Source: Eledone cirrhosa
Lineage: Eukaryota
Assembly (NCBI GenBank): GCA_964016885.1
Contig: OZ024740.1
Coordinates: forward strand, 234,050,001-234,114,000
DNA: 64,000 nucleotides
Direction: 5' to 3'
Position numbers and translations under genes: made by a program. Shown here one piece after another: positions 40,081 to 53,614 of the stretch. Under the pieces are notes generated by a model that worked only from the letters and a program-made list of their open reading frames with translations, had not been told where the DNA came from and searched no databases. The stretch's first letter is position 1. Each line of letters opens with the position of its first letter.

Positions 40081-40351
40081 GGCTTTCCAAAAATAAATGT
40101 TGTGGTATTTATATCTTTTCAGGTGGTAGGAGAGGGTGGGGAGTGGGATGGGTGGAGGTCATTGGTTGAAAGAAAACGGAATTCATTAAAAGCTAATTCT
40201 TGAAGGCTATAATTTATATTTAGAGTGACAAAGGCAGAAAGAATTCTATAAACAAGTTCAGAATGGGGTGCCACTCCTTATTTTTAAGTTTCTCTTAAGC
40301 TAACAATGCCTATATTTCAGGTGTCTACACTCCCTGGATATATATATATAA

Positions 40352-40426
<75 letters not shown>

Positions 40427-40612
40427 GTAGGAGGTGAGTTTTATTGTAGTACAATAAAGCAATGCAGATATCGGATAAGAAGCACTCTACAATTTGTAGG
40501 ACTGGAGTATACATAATATATAAGATCAAAAGATGGTTAAAGGAGTTCCATGTATTTTGATTTAAAACTACACTATCCACAAGTGTTTTTTAGCCTTCAT
40601 ATCATGTCCTCC

Positions 40613-40683
40613 TGTTTTATCTGATGAAAACACAAATATTATTGCATGATGATGTTTGTTTTTGAAATGCGCATAATAAAATA
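40613..40683 (+). ncRNA. Minimal type I hammerhead ribozyme
   Basis: UGUUUUAU-CUGAUGA-AAAcACAAAU...GUUUGUUUUU-GAAA-UGCGCA-UA-AUAAAAUA; palindromic stem III. Confidence 0.8.
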
Positions 40684-40924
40684 CATGGAACTCCTTTAAC
40701 CATCTTTTGATCTTATATATTATATATATATATATATATTTATTAAAATAACAGATTAAAGTTTAAGCAAAGAATCGCTGCTTTCACCCTTAACGGGATT
40801 TTCTGAAACTAATATATATATATATTTATATTTATATATATATATATAGGTAAGTTATTCCGGGTTGAATCAGAGGTAACTACAGTAAGTAAGGTACTCA
40901 ATACATAACAGAGTATATATATAT

Positions 40925-41175
40925 AAAGACTGAAGCAGAAACTGCTGAGCTGAACAGTCTCCGTTCCGTTTCAAAGCCCTCAGTTTGCTCAGGGAGTTCT
41001 CTGAATTTGGATGAAATACCATCTGCATATCTAGTCCTGACTTCTTTAAAGCTTCCCACTTTATCTTGTAGGCCGACCTGGAGATACCAGTCCTGTGGTA
41101 TTCTTTGGCTTTAGGTAGTTTCGGGTTGTAGATAACTAGATGGTGATCAGTTGACAACTCAGCCCCTCTCTTGAC
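40925..41175 (-). mobile_element. RTE LINE fragment (same family as 21250-23840)
   Basis: Shares gagttgtcaa-tgatcaccatctagtt and the KIKWEAL segment with ~22380-22610. Confidence 0.7.
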
Positions 41176-41799
41176 ACGAAAACGGAATTTCTGCTAATAT
41201 AGACAACGCACTTGTAGACGCAGCCTGTCGAGGGGTTAAAAATAAGCTTTGCAATCATTAGGTCCCGAGTTCTATTCCTCTGCGTGGAATCATAAGAGTC
41301 ATTTACCATAACCTCTGTTTGAGGCATGCATTTGAATGAAATTGAGCTGACGGAGCTGTTTGGAAGCCCGTCGGATTGACTCTACCTATAATATAATTCA
41401 AACGACCGGCCTTGTCACATTGTGTGACGATGAACCTCCCTGACAATTACATTAATTGTGTATACGCCTGTGGAATGCTTAACCATTTACACATTAATTT
41501 CATGAGCCGGCTGTTTCTGGGACGGCACTAGACCTGGAACTACACAACAACGTCATTCATTAATTGGCCTTTGCAAGATATCGACAAGTTAATTTGAGAA
41601 CAAAGCATCAGATGTTCGTCCACTAATGTCGCCTTTAAACCCCTAAAACTCTAATCTAAATTGAGTGTAGCTTGTTTGTTTAAGAAGAGGAAAATTCAGC
41701 GCATGTTATTTGTTTTTAACTAGTTTAAACATGAACTCGTATGACGTTACAAATCAAATACAACGACTCTTTGCTATGGAAAGTAAACTGATACTGCAC

Positions 41800-42140
41800 G
41801 AAAAGATAGAGGGACATACACTCAAACACCCAAAGCCCTGATCATATCGAATTTTTTAGGCTACCTCCATTCACATATACTCACGCACCTACAGTCCTGA
41901 TTTTTATCGAATCATTTACGTTGAATCCATTCACAGTTACCCAATCACCCAAAGCCCTTATCCGTTCGAATATTTTACAGTATCTACATTGACATATACT
42001 CAATCACCCAGAGCCCTGATCAGATCGAATCTTTAATGGTACCTTCGTTCACACACATCCAAGCACCAAGTGCCTGATCAGAACGAATCAGAACGGTGCT
42101 TCCATTTACACATACTAGAGTTCTTAGTGCCCAGATCAGT
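41800..42140. repeat. Degenerate ~60-bp tandem repeat
   Basis: Recurring cacatatactca-cacc-a-agccctgatca-atcgaa units. Confidence 0.7.
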
Positions 42141-43039
42141 TCAAACCAATCCACCCACTTCAAGAACTTTCCCAACAGCTTGATATGTTTTGTCTTTCAG
42201 TTTGAGAAGGAAAAACCATGTTCATATCTCCCATGTACTCTCGGGTCATAAATAATAGGAGGGGGAGGGGATAAGTGGTGGGGTTGGAATAAGAGGGAAA
42301 GTTGGAATAAGTGTGGGGACGAATTGGTAATTTTTCTAGGTTGTCTTCGTTGATTTAAAAAAAAAACAACAGATTAGTCGTTTAGTTTACATATTGAGAC
42401 CCCAACCCATCCTATTTATTTTATAACGTATCGGATTTTTAGTAACGTACTTTTTTGTCATGTATAATGTTTTTTAATGTATAAAGAAAATTAATTGTCG
42501 CAGGAATGCTACCACTTAAAATAAACTTTGCCGAAGATAGATTAGCAAAATTTAATAAGCATGGAAGGGGGCAAAAAGAGTGGGGGGTAGTGGAAAAAAA
42601 TCTGAAAAATTAATAAACGGGGGCGGGGACTATTATTCGAGAACCAAGATTAATTAATAGAATATCATTAAAGATATTGTCAACATTCTTAGAATTAATG
42701 CAATATAATTTTCTCCTGCTTCCCACGGATATTTTAAGGGTCATACCTGTTTCATAGCTATACACTGCAAGCTGCACATAATACAAGGAATACCCTTGTC
42801 AACATTTTCCACATTTTCCACATGGTATCCTACTTCAAGCATTCTATATATTATTGAATATACTCTGTTAAATGTTACATTAGGATTATTTTTAATTGGT
42901 ATTATATTTATTTCTTCTGCCCCCATGATGATCTCAGGAAGAAGAAGAAGAAGAAGAAGAAGAAGAAGAAGAAGAAGAAGAAGAAGAAGAAGAAGAAGAA
43001 GAAGAAGAAGAAGAAGAAGAAGAAGAAGAAGAAGAAGAA

Positions 43040-44500
43040 GCGGGAAACTACCGTCCAATAGCATGCCTGAACATGATATGGAAGGTACTTACTGGAACAT
43101 TTGCGGAGAAGGCATATACCTTTCTTTTACAGGAAAGAACATTACCAAGGGAACAAAAGGGATGTGGAAGAAGATCTCAGGGTACCAAAGATCACTTGGT
43201 TATCGATAAGACAGTGTTGAGGCATTTTAAAAAATATCATACCAGCATGTCTATGGCCTGGATTGAAAGCATAGGATATGGTGCCTCATTCTTGGATTGT
43301 TGAATGCCTGAAGATGTTTGGTATTGCTGATAACATCACAAAGTTTATGCTGAATAGTATGCTAGAGTGTAAGACCAAGTTGTACTTGAGCGATGTATTC
43401 CTTGGAGAAGTAGAAATTAACAGGAGGTCTCTTCCAAGGTGACTCATTTTCACCATTACTATTTGTTATAGCCCTTATAACACTGACATTTAAGAAAGTT
43501 AGTATGGGTTACCAACGTGGAAAGAAAAAAACATTCATTAACCCTCTTCTGTTTATGGATGACGTGAAATTGTTTGGAAAGTCTGAATCCAGTAGATTCT
43601 TTGATTAAAACAGTCCAAATATGTAACAGTGATGTTGCTAATGAATCCGGGATCTCCAAATGATCCGTGCTCAACATGAAAAAAAAGCAGCCTGTAGTAA
43701 ATTAAGGCTGCCATCGGGAGAAACCTTGGGGGAATCGGAAGATGGTGGATACAAGTATTTGGAAATTTTAAAACTTGATGACAATTTACATGCGAAAATG
43801 AAAATAAAGGTTTGAAGGGCGTATTTAAGAGTAAAAGTCATTTTAAAATCCAACCGGGATGCGAGAAATCTAGTCACTGCAATGAATATCTGAGCAGTTG
43901 CAGTGTTTAGATATAGTCCAAAATTCTCAGGACTGAAGAAGATATAGCAAAGTCAGATAGAAAGACGAGAAGGTTAGTGACATTGTATGGAGCTTTACAC
44001 CCTAAAATAAATATAAACATGTTGTACATGAAGAGAAAGAATGATAGTAGAGGTCTCATTAGTGTGGATTATTGTATAAGGAGTGAAAGGAGAACACTTG
44101 CAGAATATTTAGTAAACAGTGACGAAGAACTGCTGCAATATGCAGCAGAAGATATGGGTTTAAATGCAGATGAAATGGTTGGTAAGGAAGAGTTTAGCCA
44201 AAGAGTTGAAGAGAAGAGAAAACAAGATCTTGGAATGAGAATGCACGATTAATTTGAAAGAAATACACAGTATAACAGAGATAAAACAATATGGTGGACA
44301 TGGCTTAAGCAAAGTGATTTGAGACATGCCACTGTAAGCCTTATAATTGCTGCACAAAACCAAGCTCTTGTTATCAATACGGTTAAGTATAACATCTACA
44401 AAACTTCTGTGGAAAGAATGTGGAAAATGGAAACCTCTTCGTAAGTGCATGTGAGAGCGTTGTGTAGAAAGAACACAAGCGCCGCCACGATAGAGTCTGT
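43040..44500 (+). mobile_element. R4/Dong-like RLE non-LTR retrotransposon fragment, starting at a (GAA)n tract
   Basis: NYRPIACL, EQKGC..GTKDHLVID, QGDSFSPL, LFMDDVKL, GALHPK..LYMKRK and LIIAAQNQAL motifs; degraded. Confidence 0.8.
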
Positions 44501-44773
44501 TTGTCAAACATACTCTAAATATGATCTGACAAAAGCGTTATGCACATCTACACATCAGGGTTAATCTACCATGTCTTGTTTTTAAGCAACCCAATGAAAA
44601 GAAATGCCACTCGTTTGAAATATGTCTCAAAACACATTAATAGGAATTAGAGAAATTAACCAAATATAATAATCTGGAAATAGAGATAACATAAGGATTA
44701 GAAACAGAAATAACACTCATAACTCTGGAGATACTATAGTAGAAGTAGTTATTTTAACTGCGCGTTTTGTAAA

Positions 44774-45230
44774 TTAATAAGCCGAACACAGAGGAGACGA
44801 ACTCCTACTGTCATCGCCTCCTACTGTCATCGCCTCCATCTCTCTCGCCATCCCATCTCTCACTTTTGTGAGCAAATGGGGTACCACGAGCTGGCCGCCC
44901 CATGGCACCGGCAGACAGAATGGAGAAGGCATTTCCCCGGAAGATGGTAAGGGAGATGCGCTGGAAGAGCCATTCCATCTCGTGAGGCTCACACCTGCGG
45001 CTGACCAGCTCAGCGCCTATGGTGGTAAGTAGGGAGTTAGCCCTAGGGCCAAGAACACTATAAGTCTCCACTGCTAGGGGCTTGACTGCAAACCTGTCGG
45101 TGAGTGGCCGAAACTTAGAGAGTTTAGCCTCCTCAGCCTGAAGTGTAGCAGAACCTGGCTTAGTCACAGAATGCACTAGGTTGCCGCTGGAGAATGTGTC
45201 GCTGCAAGTAGCATCCCAGACGAGGGATTC
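44774..45230 (-). mobile_element. CRE-like RLE non-LTR retrotransposon 3' fragment
   Basis: SLVWDATCSDT...PLAVETYSVLGP...WLFQRISLTIFRGNA, typical of the CRE-clade restriction-like endonuclease C-terminus. Confidence 0.78.
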
Positions 45231-45257
45231 CTGAGGAATAACTATCAGGCAGAATAA

Positions 45258-45471
45258 TCTATATACTACTAAAACTCTGTGATTGCTTGCTTGCTTGTCT
45301 GTAATGTAATACAGCTAAAAGGGTGCATGATGGGAAAATGTTTTGAAAGGAAGTTGATCCTGAAATGGGAATACAAATGGAATAAAACAAGTTTCGCGTA
45401 AATCAGAACACAGGTTCCCGAGATATGAAGTTTTCCGGGTACCTTCATAAACAGAGAGAGAGAGAGAGAGA

Positions 45472-45554
<83 letters not shown>

Positions 45555-46014
45555 TATAGAGAAAGGGATGGTGGTTGTGAGAGAGTAGATTGAAATAGAG
45601 ACATGAAGAGGGGGAGAGGAGACAGAGAAGGAGAATGGAAGAGAGAGAGACAGAGAGGGAGAGAGAGAGATGATGGTGTTGTTGCGTATATATATATATA
45701 TATATATATATGAGTGTATGGGTATATATATCTATATGTGTGTGTTTATGTGTGTGTCTATGACTAGTGCATATAGATCACAGACACCCACATATATATA
45801 TATATACACACACACATACATATATACATATAAATATGTATACACACACATTTATACATATACATACAAACACGTATATATATGGGCCTTCCAGTTTCAT
45901 TTCACATTATATGTCCGTGTATATTTTAATTATTTAAAAATTATTTTTAAGTGAACATGATTTTTAAACAATATTTTGAAGTGAACGTGACCCAACGCGT
46001 CACGGGTGGTCTAT
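45258..46014 (+). mobile_element. Non-autonomous Helitron containing (GA)n/(TA)n tracts
   Basis: A|TCTATATACTACTAAA start; end hairpin cgtgacccaacgcgtcacgggtggtCTAT, nearly identical to the terminus of the element at 374. Confidence 0.55.
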
Positions 46015-46133
46015 TATATAATAACATGTAAAATCGAAGCAAAAGACTACTGTTACTCGTAGCGTGCTGGGCTACGCATAATAGTGCAGTGAAAGCACGC
46101 AATAAAATACGACATATTCATACACTACTTTAC

Positions 46134-46256
46134 CTTGATTCTTACACTAGCTGTGTTCTCGTATCCCACCCATTGGTCTTCTCCATAGGCATACGGTACG
46201 TCTTGGTCATCAATCCACACACTTTTCCAACCATGTTCGCGGACATTTTCACAGAT
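46134..46256 (-). CDS. GH18 chitinase exon
   Basis: ICENVREHGWKSVWIDDQDVPYAYGEDQWVGYENTASVRIK; 123 nt, phase 0-0. Confidence 0.92.
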
Positions 46257-46754
46257 CTTGGAAAAGAAACATCAATAGAAATTATTTAACATCGTATCTG
46301 TATCAGTGAGCTGCTCAACATCACCAAACAATTACATCAATTGTCAAGTCAAGAGTACTCAAACTATACGGTCATATAAAAAGATCATACGTGTGGTGTG
46401 AGTAGGTTATGCCTGGAAGGAAGGTTGGCTGGTAAGAGAAGCAGAGGCCGCCGGCAGCCAAAACGATGGCTTGACAGTGGCAACTTAGGGACTGGTCTTG
46501 ATCTTTGCTCTTTGAACTCTGCTGCTGGTGATCGAACTTTGCAGAGAGAGATGTCACAAGAGAGAGACTGTTGTTGTAACTTTTTTCTTTTGCAAATCTA
46601 ATCGTTCCGAACAAAGGGTTTGCTATTTTTTCGTGGGGAAATGTCTTTATTATCATACCTAGCATTGTAATACTGCATCTTTATCTCACCCAGGTTCACA
46701 GCGGTCATATTCAGAGTACACTGGGGCAATTTTATATCAATATACACGTATAAA

Positions 46755-46939
46755 CAGGTAAAATTCCGTTATAACAAATACCATTATAACAAATTTTTCA
46801 GTATAGCAAAAGGTTTTTCAGTCCCCGAGGTAATAACAAACTTACGTTCGATTTGTTTCGGTTAATCTCGTTATAAAGATTTTTTCGTTACAATGAATTT
46901 TTTTATCCCTGTGAATTTCGTTATAACGGAATTTCCCTG
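46755..46939. mobile_element. pogo/Tigger-like MITE
   Basis: TIRs caggtaaaattccgttataac / gttataacggaatttccctg. Confidence 0.7.
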
Positions 46940-48199
46940 TAGTATGTATACATTTACATTAATTTTCAGTAATGGAAAAAATCAGTACTATAATTACTGA
47001 TTAGGTAAGGTTGCCGGTTATCATCTTATTTCGTATTTTACTGTCTCCACTGTGTTTTTGTGAAGAAACTTTAACCCATTGTGAAATATGATTCCTGGCT
47101 TAAACAAACGATATCTACTGTCATTCTAGATGTTGTTGTCTTACTTGTGGTCATTCTCGATGGTGCTGGCTTACATTTTGTGTTTAATAAAGTTGTTTTT
47201 TTAATCAACCTGTTTCACCTTTCGTAAACAATGAAACGAATACATGTAAGTTGTTTTGCTTTTAGTTCACTCTTTACATGTGCTTTATTTTATCGACCCC
47301 GTAAGGATGAAAGCTGTAACTCTATGCTGCAATGCATGGCTTCCGACCCTCTACTGATACTGCCAATCCGCTGCAGTTAATTAATAAATGTGTGTCTTTG
47401 AGTATACTTTCTATAGATTTAAAAGTAATGACATTAATTATACTCGTAACTGTTTCTATCATTTGCTGTTCACTTGAGATTTATGGCTTAAATTATAGGA
47501 CTCAATGGTACGTTGTGTTTTTGAGCAAAACTCTTCATTTCACGTTACTCGAGTCAACTGAAATGAGTACCAGCAGCAGCAGTAGCTAGAGGTCAACCTT
47601 TCAATGGATTGATGTCCTGATCAGGGGGAAGTTTTGTACTCCCAATCGCTTAATCCCAATGAAACTGGAATAGCTCAGACCTGATGTGCCTGCAGGCTTT
47701 GAAATACATTTTAACTTTAACTATACTAAGCACTAATATCTCGGGGTTCGAAAATAACAGGGATTGTATTATGAATGTACATATGAAGATCAAGTGAGCT
47801 TTAGCTCTTCTTCATTTGTCGTTTTATTGTCTTCTCTGGGTTCTTTTTTGGACCTATCTATTTGAATTTAACAAATGTACTGCCCCACTCGGTTAGGTAC
47901 TTTCAGGTGCTCAATGAATCTTTGTAATTATACAGTCAGTCCATTACTTGTGCCCTTATCTGAGAATTGTAACCTACATCTCAGGCATTTCATTCCTCAG
48001 CAAGTCTAGATGTATTTTTTTTTATGTATTAATACATTTCGATGTAACAAAATAAAAGAACAAAATATCAAAAGTCATATATTAAATACTCTACAATTCT
48101 TAACATTTTCCGTTCACACGCACATATTCACAGTACCACAGTCATAGTCTTAGATATTGTTGAAATATACAAATGTGTATATATATACTTAATTCTTAC

Positions 48200-48385
48200 T
48201 TCATAGTATGAGAGAATTCCTTTTTCGCTACTGTATTTCCCCATACGGCCTCCTCCTTCAACAGGAGAAAACATCCCATGAACTGATGGGTTGGCTAATG
48301 TGAAACTCATTCCATAAGTAGCAATACCGATAATAAGTTTTGATTTCGGAATGCCAACATCAAGCCAGTACTGGATTGACCAATC
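48200..48385 (-). CDS. GH18 chitinase exon
   Basis: DWSIQYWLDVGIPKSKLIIGIATYGMSFTL...GILSYYE; 186 nt, phase 0-0. Confidence 0.92.
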
Positions 48386-48992
48386 CTAAATAATAAAATA
48401 AACAGCAAGAATTATCGTGATTCAAAAAGAAGGTTCAATGGAATACAAGCATAGAAAACTTTGTCGTAAACAAGGATGATCAAGATTAAACAAAATGTTG
48501 AGAGTTAAAAAAATGTGAGAAAAAGAATATTTACAGATTCTTATATTGCTATTTTCTGGAATACACCTATGTATATTCTACATTACTGGTACTTTATTTT
48601 ATCGACCCCGTAAGGATGAAAGGCAAAGTTAACCTCGGCGGCATTTGAACTATATTCTTATATATAATGTATCAATGTTCTTACAGTACCGATTGTGTAT
48701 CACACCAGTTGTGTCAGTTATATAGGACGATAGACACGTAATTCAACTGACACGTAATTCAGCAGAGAGTAGCACATTTCTGAATAACATCATAGTGACT
48801 TGATATAACTCTGTCCAGAATGAAAAGGCTATTGTCATGTATGCGATGGAGAGCTATATCAGGCTTATTATACGCTATCTGGTCACACAATATTTTCATT
48901 TAGCCACGTGAATCTATTTCCTTCTGCAACTCCAATTAGGCCTGATTTGTGCCTCGATGTCACATGTTTCATATATATATATATATATATAT

Positions 48993-49078
<86 letters not shown>

Positions 49079-49214
49079 CCAAATGTTAATAAGGTTCATT
49101 GATTACTCAATGAATATAGTTTTACAATAGATTAAACGCACTTAAGTTTTCTGGAGTTATTAATATTATTCAAAATATTAATAAATGGAGACATTTACAT
49201 AATCAAAATATATG

Positions 49215-49276
49215 TTTTATTATATATATTTCCGAGGTACTGTGCTGTTTTTTCAGTACGTCCTCAACAGATAAAA
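49215..49276 (-). ncRNA. Minimal hammerhead (CUGUUGA core variant), inverted copy
   Basis: The reverse complement reads ttttat-ctgttga-ggacgtactg...cagtacctcg-gaaa-tatata-ta-ataaaa. Confidence 0.65.
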
Positions 49277-49399
49277 TATATGAATTGATGTATGACATAC
49301 CTCAACTATGTTGATGGTACAATTTCAGTCTTGGAAATTTCAGACTGCCAAGACTGAAATTGAACCACAGTTGAGGTATGTCATACATCAATTCATATA

Positions 49400-49461
49400 T
49401 TTTATCTGATGAGGTCGTACTGAAAAAACAGCACAGTACCTCCGAAATATATATAATAAAA
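49400..49461 (+). ncRNA. Minimal type I hammerhead ribozyme
   Basis: UUUUAU-CUGAUGA-GGucGUACUG...CAGUACcuCC-GAAA-UAUAUA-UA-AUAAAA. Confidence 0.82.
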
Positions 49462-49643
49462 CATATATTTTGATTATGTAAATGTCTCCATTTATTAATG
49501 TTTTGAATAATATATATATATATATGAAAATGCCGTCGAGGTTAAACATTTTCCTATTACCCAATCTACTACCCTAAGTATTGAATATTCTGGTGCGTTA
49601 TCTGGTTCCTTACCACATCTGGTTCCTTACCACATTTCCTTCG

Positions 49644-49696
<53 letters not shown>

Positions 49697-49982
49697 GGAG
49701 GTGAGTTTTATTGTAGTACAATAAAGCAATGCAGATATCGGATAAGAAGCACTCTGCAGTTTGTAGGACTGGAGTATACATAATATATAAGATCAAAAGA
49801 TGGTTAAAAGAGTTCCATGTATTTTATTATGCGCATTTCAAAAACAAATAGGGAGACATGATATGAAGGTTAAAACACACTTGTGAATAGTGCAGTTTTA
49901 AATCAACATATCAACATATCGATATGTTGATTTAAAACTGCACTATTCACAAGCGTGTTTTAACCTTCATATCATGTCTCCC

Positions 49983-50053
49983 TATTTTATCTGACGAAAA
50001 CGCAAATGTTATTGCATGATGATATTTGTTTTTGAAATTCGCATAATAAAATA
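49983..50053 (+). ncRNA. Minimal type I hammerhead ribozyme (same family as 40613)
   Basis: UAUUUUAU-CUGACGA-AAAcGCAAAUG...UAUUUGUUUUU-GAAA-UUCGCA-UA-AUAAAAUA. Confidence 0.75.
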
Positions 50054-50212
50054 CATGGAACTCTTTTAACCATCTTTTGATCTTATATATTATATATATA
50101 TATATATATCAAGGTCGGTGCCGCAGCATGGCCTCAGCCGGATGGCTGGAACAGGTAAAAGAGTAAATATATATCAGATTATGTGTTCTCTTTTTAATAA
50201 ATGTTTTCTTAC

Positions 50213-50339
50213 CGTGTTCAGTTCACTCTTTTCACCGGGTGGATCTTTGTGGTGTCTCCACATTCCGCTATGATGTCCAGTTACTTTTTCCCATTGGCCA
50301 TGGTAGTTGTAAGTCATCAACAACATATAATCTACATAG
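50213..50339 (-). CDS. GH18 chitinase exon
   Basis: YVDYMLLMTYNYHGQWEKVTGHHSG (variant of the MxYDxxG motif); AG/GT boundaries. Confidence 0.9.
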
Positions 50340-50619
50340 CTGATGGTTACCAGCAAAGAAGAAAAGTATTTAAACAATATATATATATATATAATGTATA
50401 ATAAACAATACAATATAATTACCTCATTACCAGAGGTTTCCCGAATAAGACGAATACGAACGAATGAAGACGTTTTTTTCGTATTCGTCTTATTCGGGAA
50501 ACCTCTGGTAATGAGGTAATTATATTGTATTGTTTATTATACATTAAATTTTGCTCTGGTGCTTACATAGAGCACTCTTCACTCCTATGACTTTTTCAAT
50601 TTTCAACGGAAACTTCAAT

Positions 50620-50720
<101 letters not shown>

Positions 50721-50876
50721 CAAAAGGGATATTTAATTTGTTGGTAATTCAACAAATATAAATTTTTATAACTGATTCGAAGCACTCGACAGTTTTCTGG
50801 AGTATAATATCCAGGAAAAACTTGAACCGTTAAGATCCTCTTCCTGGATATGTCAATATTTATAAAACAAACTTTG

Positions 50877-50937
50877 TATTTTATCTGATGAGGGCGTACT
50901 AAAGTTTTGGTACCCTTGAAATATATATAATAAAATA
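50877..50937 (+). ncRNA. Minimal type I hammerhead ribozyme (same family as 31105)
   Basis: UAUUUUAU-CUGAUGA-GGGcGUAC...GUACcCUU-GAAA-UAUAUA-UA-AUAAAAUA. Confidence 0.82.
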
Positions 50938-50977
50938 AATATGGTTTTATAAATATAGTTTCCATTTATTTAATATC

Positions 50978-51046
<69 letters not shown>

Positions 51047-51105
51047 TATATGTACATATATATATATTATATATTTATCTATATATCTATATATTATATA
51101 TATAA

Positions 51106-51158
<53 letters not shown>

Positions 51159-52313
51159 CAAGAACCAAACTAATAAAACAAATAAGACACACAGATACAA
51201 CAGGCAACGAACTAGTCACAAGTAAATAAACAAATAAATTATCACACACACACACATACGGATACAACGCATGCGCAATCCAAATACACAGCACACAACA
51301 CAAGATGGTGTAGGACAGAACAAAGGAGAGACACAAAACAACAAATTAGTATATACATACACATTCACGTGTGTATGTATATACATTCATACACATGTGA
51401 ATGTATTTGTTTTGCAAGATTCTTCATGTGAAATCGTGTGTTGAAACATATATTGTTATATTTGGATAGTGAACTTGCCAGTTTTGCCAATAAAAGGAAA
51501 GTAGTGGAAGCACAGAAAAGAAGAATAAATAGTCATTGGGTAGGTCACAGAATGTGTAACGAAGGGCTTTGACAAACTAGCTAATAACTACTAATAAAGC
51601 TGTAGTGAAAGTCAAATCACGTGTTTTTATTAGCAAAATTAGCAACATGACCATCCCCAAATGTTATTATACATGAAATAGTGAAACAGAATCGTGATAG
51701 TCTGTGCTAAATCTTATTTTAATCACGAAAATCATGTTTTTTTTTAAATTTATTTTGTGCCTCAGAGACCGGATGCACCAAGGACCACGAGAATATGGTG
51801 TCATTTGAGATATATCCAGCTCTCATTTCTAGCGGTTATAGTATGTAATAGAATTCAACATATACACCGCAGATAGTTTAGTGGATGAATGAGTTTTCAA
51901 ATGACACATCTATAGGTTTGTAGATAATCACACACGCTAGATAACCTAGTATTTACATTTGTAAATGTTATGTGCTGGGACTCCGTCGGCTCTTAAGCAA
52001 GTTTTCCAGTTGATTGGATCAACAAAACTGCCTGCTCGCAAAATTAACTTGCCAGAGGCTGAGTATTTAACAGACACTCCCACGGGGGAAATCAGCGTGA
52101 CAGAGTGTGACAAGACAGGCCTTTTGAAATATAGATACAACTCAATTTTTTTCCAAATGAGTGGATTAGAGCATGGTGAAATAAAACATCTTGCTCAAGG
52201 ACACAGTGCGGCGGAGGAATTGAACTCATGACATTACGCCTAACAGCCTAGCCATTAAACCACGTAACTTCACACTCAAGCTTTACGTATGTAATGATTA
52301 ACATAAAACTTAC

Positions 52314-52438
52314 TTGATAATCTTGTGTGGTTCATAAGACTTGTTGATATAATATGATCCAGAAGCTGTGGCTAGGGTAAGGAGTAATTTATCTTGGCCT
52401 GTTCTTTTTGCTTCAGATTCGAAGCCTGTATACAGTCC
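52314..52438 (-). CDS. GH18 chitinase exon
   Basis: GLYTGFESEAKRTGQDKLLLTLATASGSYYINKSYEPHKII; tacag acceptor, gtaagt donor; phases compatible. Confidence 0.88.
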
Positions 52439-52454
52439 CTGTAATAGAAATCAA

Positions 52455-52515
<61 letters not shown>

Positions 52516-52722
52516 AGTACTATGACAACAAACACATATAAACACCCACTAGTGAACAAAAATAGAATACAAAAACACAGACTCAAACACGAACACACAC
52601 ACCAAACAGAAAACACACACGCAAACGCATGCGCAAATAGTGACAGAGACAAGAATGAATAAATAAATTAAATAAATAAAAATGGCGTAGACATTACAAT
52701 ACAACGGGACGGAACATAATAG

Positions 52723-52766
52723 TACCACTGATGATGTCACAGATGTGTGACGAAATAACTTTGATA
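52723..52766 (+). ncRNA. Degenerate hammerhead (same family as 13066)
   Basis: uacca-CUGAUGA-uGUCACA gaug UGUGAC-GAAA-uaac-UU-ugaua. Confidence 0.55.
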
Positions 52767-53543
52767 GACTATTTATATATATCTGTATCTATAATTTTAA
52801 CCGTTGGTCAATTAATGATAAACATTGCTTGCCAGATAAATTAACTATGGAGATATAGAAGATACAGAAGCGAAAGCCATTCCAAACGAAGCAGTGAGTG
52901 TGTTTTATTATTTTTTGTCGCAAATTTATAACAATATGACCCTCTCCAAATATAACAATATATATATATATATATATATATATTGACTAATGAAATTTTA
53001 GCCTGATGCATGATAGTGGGGTTTAGAACCCTCTAAGAAATAGAAAAAGACGAGAATTGACACGTACATGGGAGTCGAATCCACATCTCTGGTTATTCAG
53101 ACCACTATGCTACCATTACACCAACACATCACCCATCCCCTTCCATTCAAATTAGAAGCAAGTAAGGTAAGTATGTTTTTGAAACATTCAGCGAAAGCTT
53201 TTACTTCTAATTATGCTCGCTGTTTCAAAAACATACTTACCTACATACATATATATATATATATATATATTCAATTATTTTGTTTGACCTGTTTGGCTTG
53301 CCTCGTCTTTTTGGCTTAGGTGATTGATGGTTTATTGACCGCCATCTCAGTTAGTTTGGCCTTTATAACCTATGTTTATTGCTCTGGTATTTATTTAGTC
53401 CATGGAGCGCTTGCTACATAACTCGGATATTGCGTTTCGCTTTGTTTTCGACCACAGCCGAAATTCGATCTCGCTGAAATTATATTTATATATATATAGT
53501 ATATATGCACACACACACATATATATATGTGTGTGTGTGTCTA

Positions 53544-53614
<71 letters not shown>

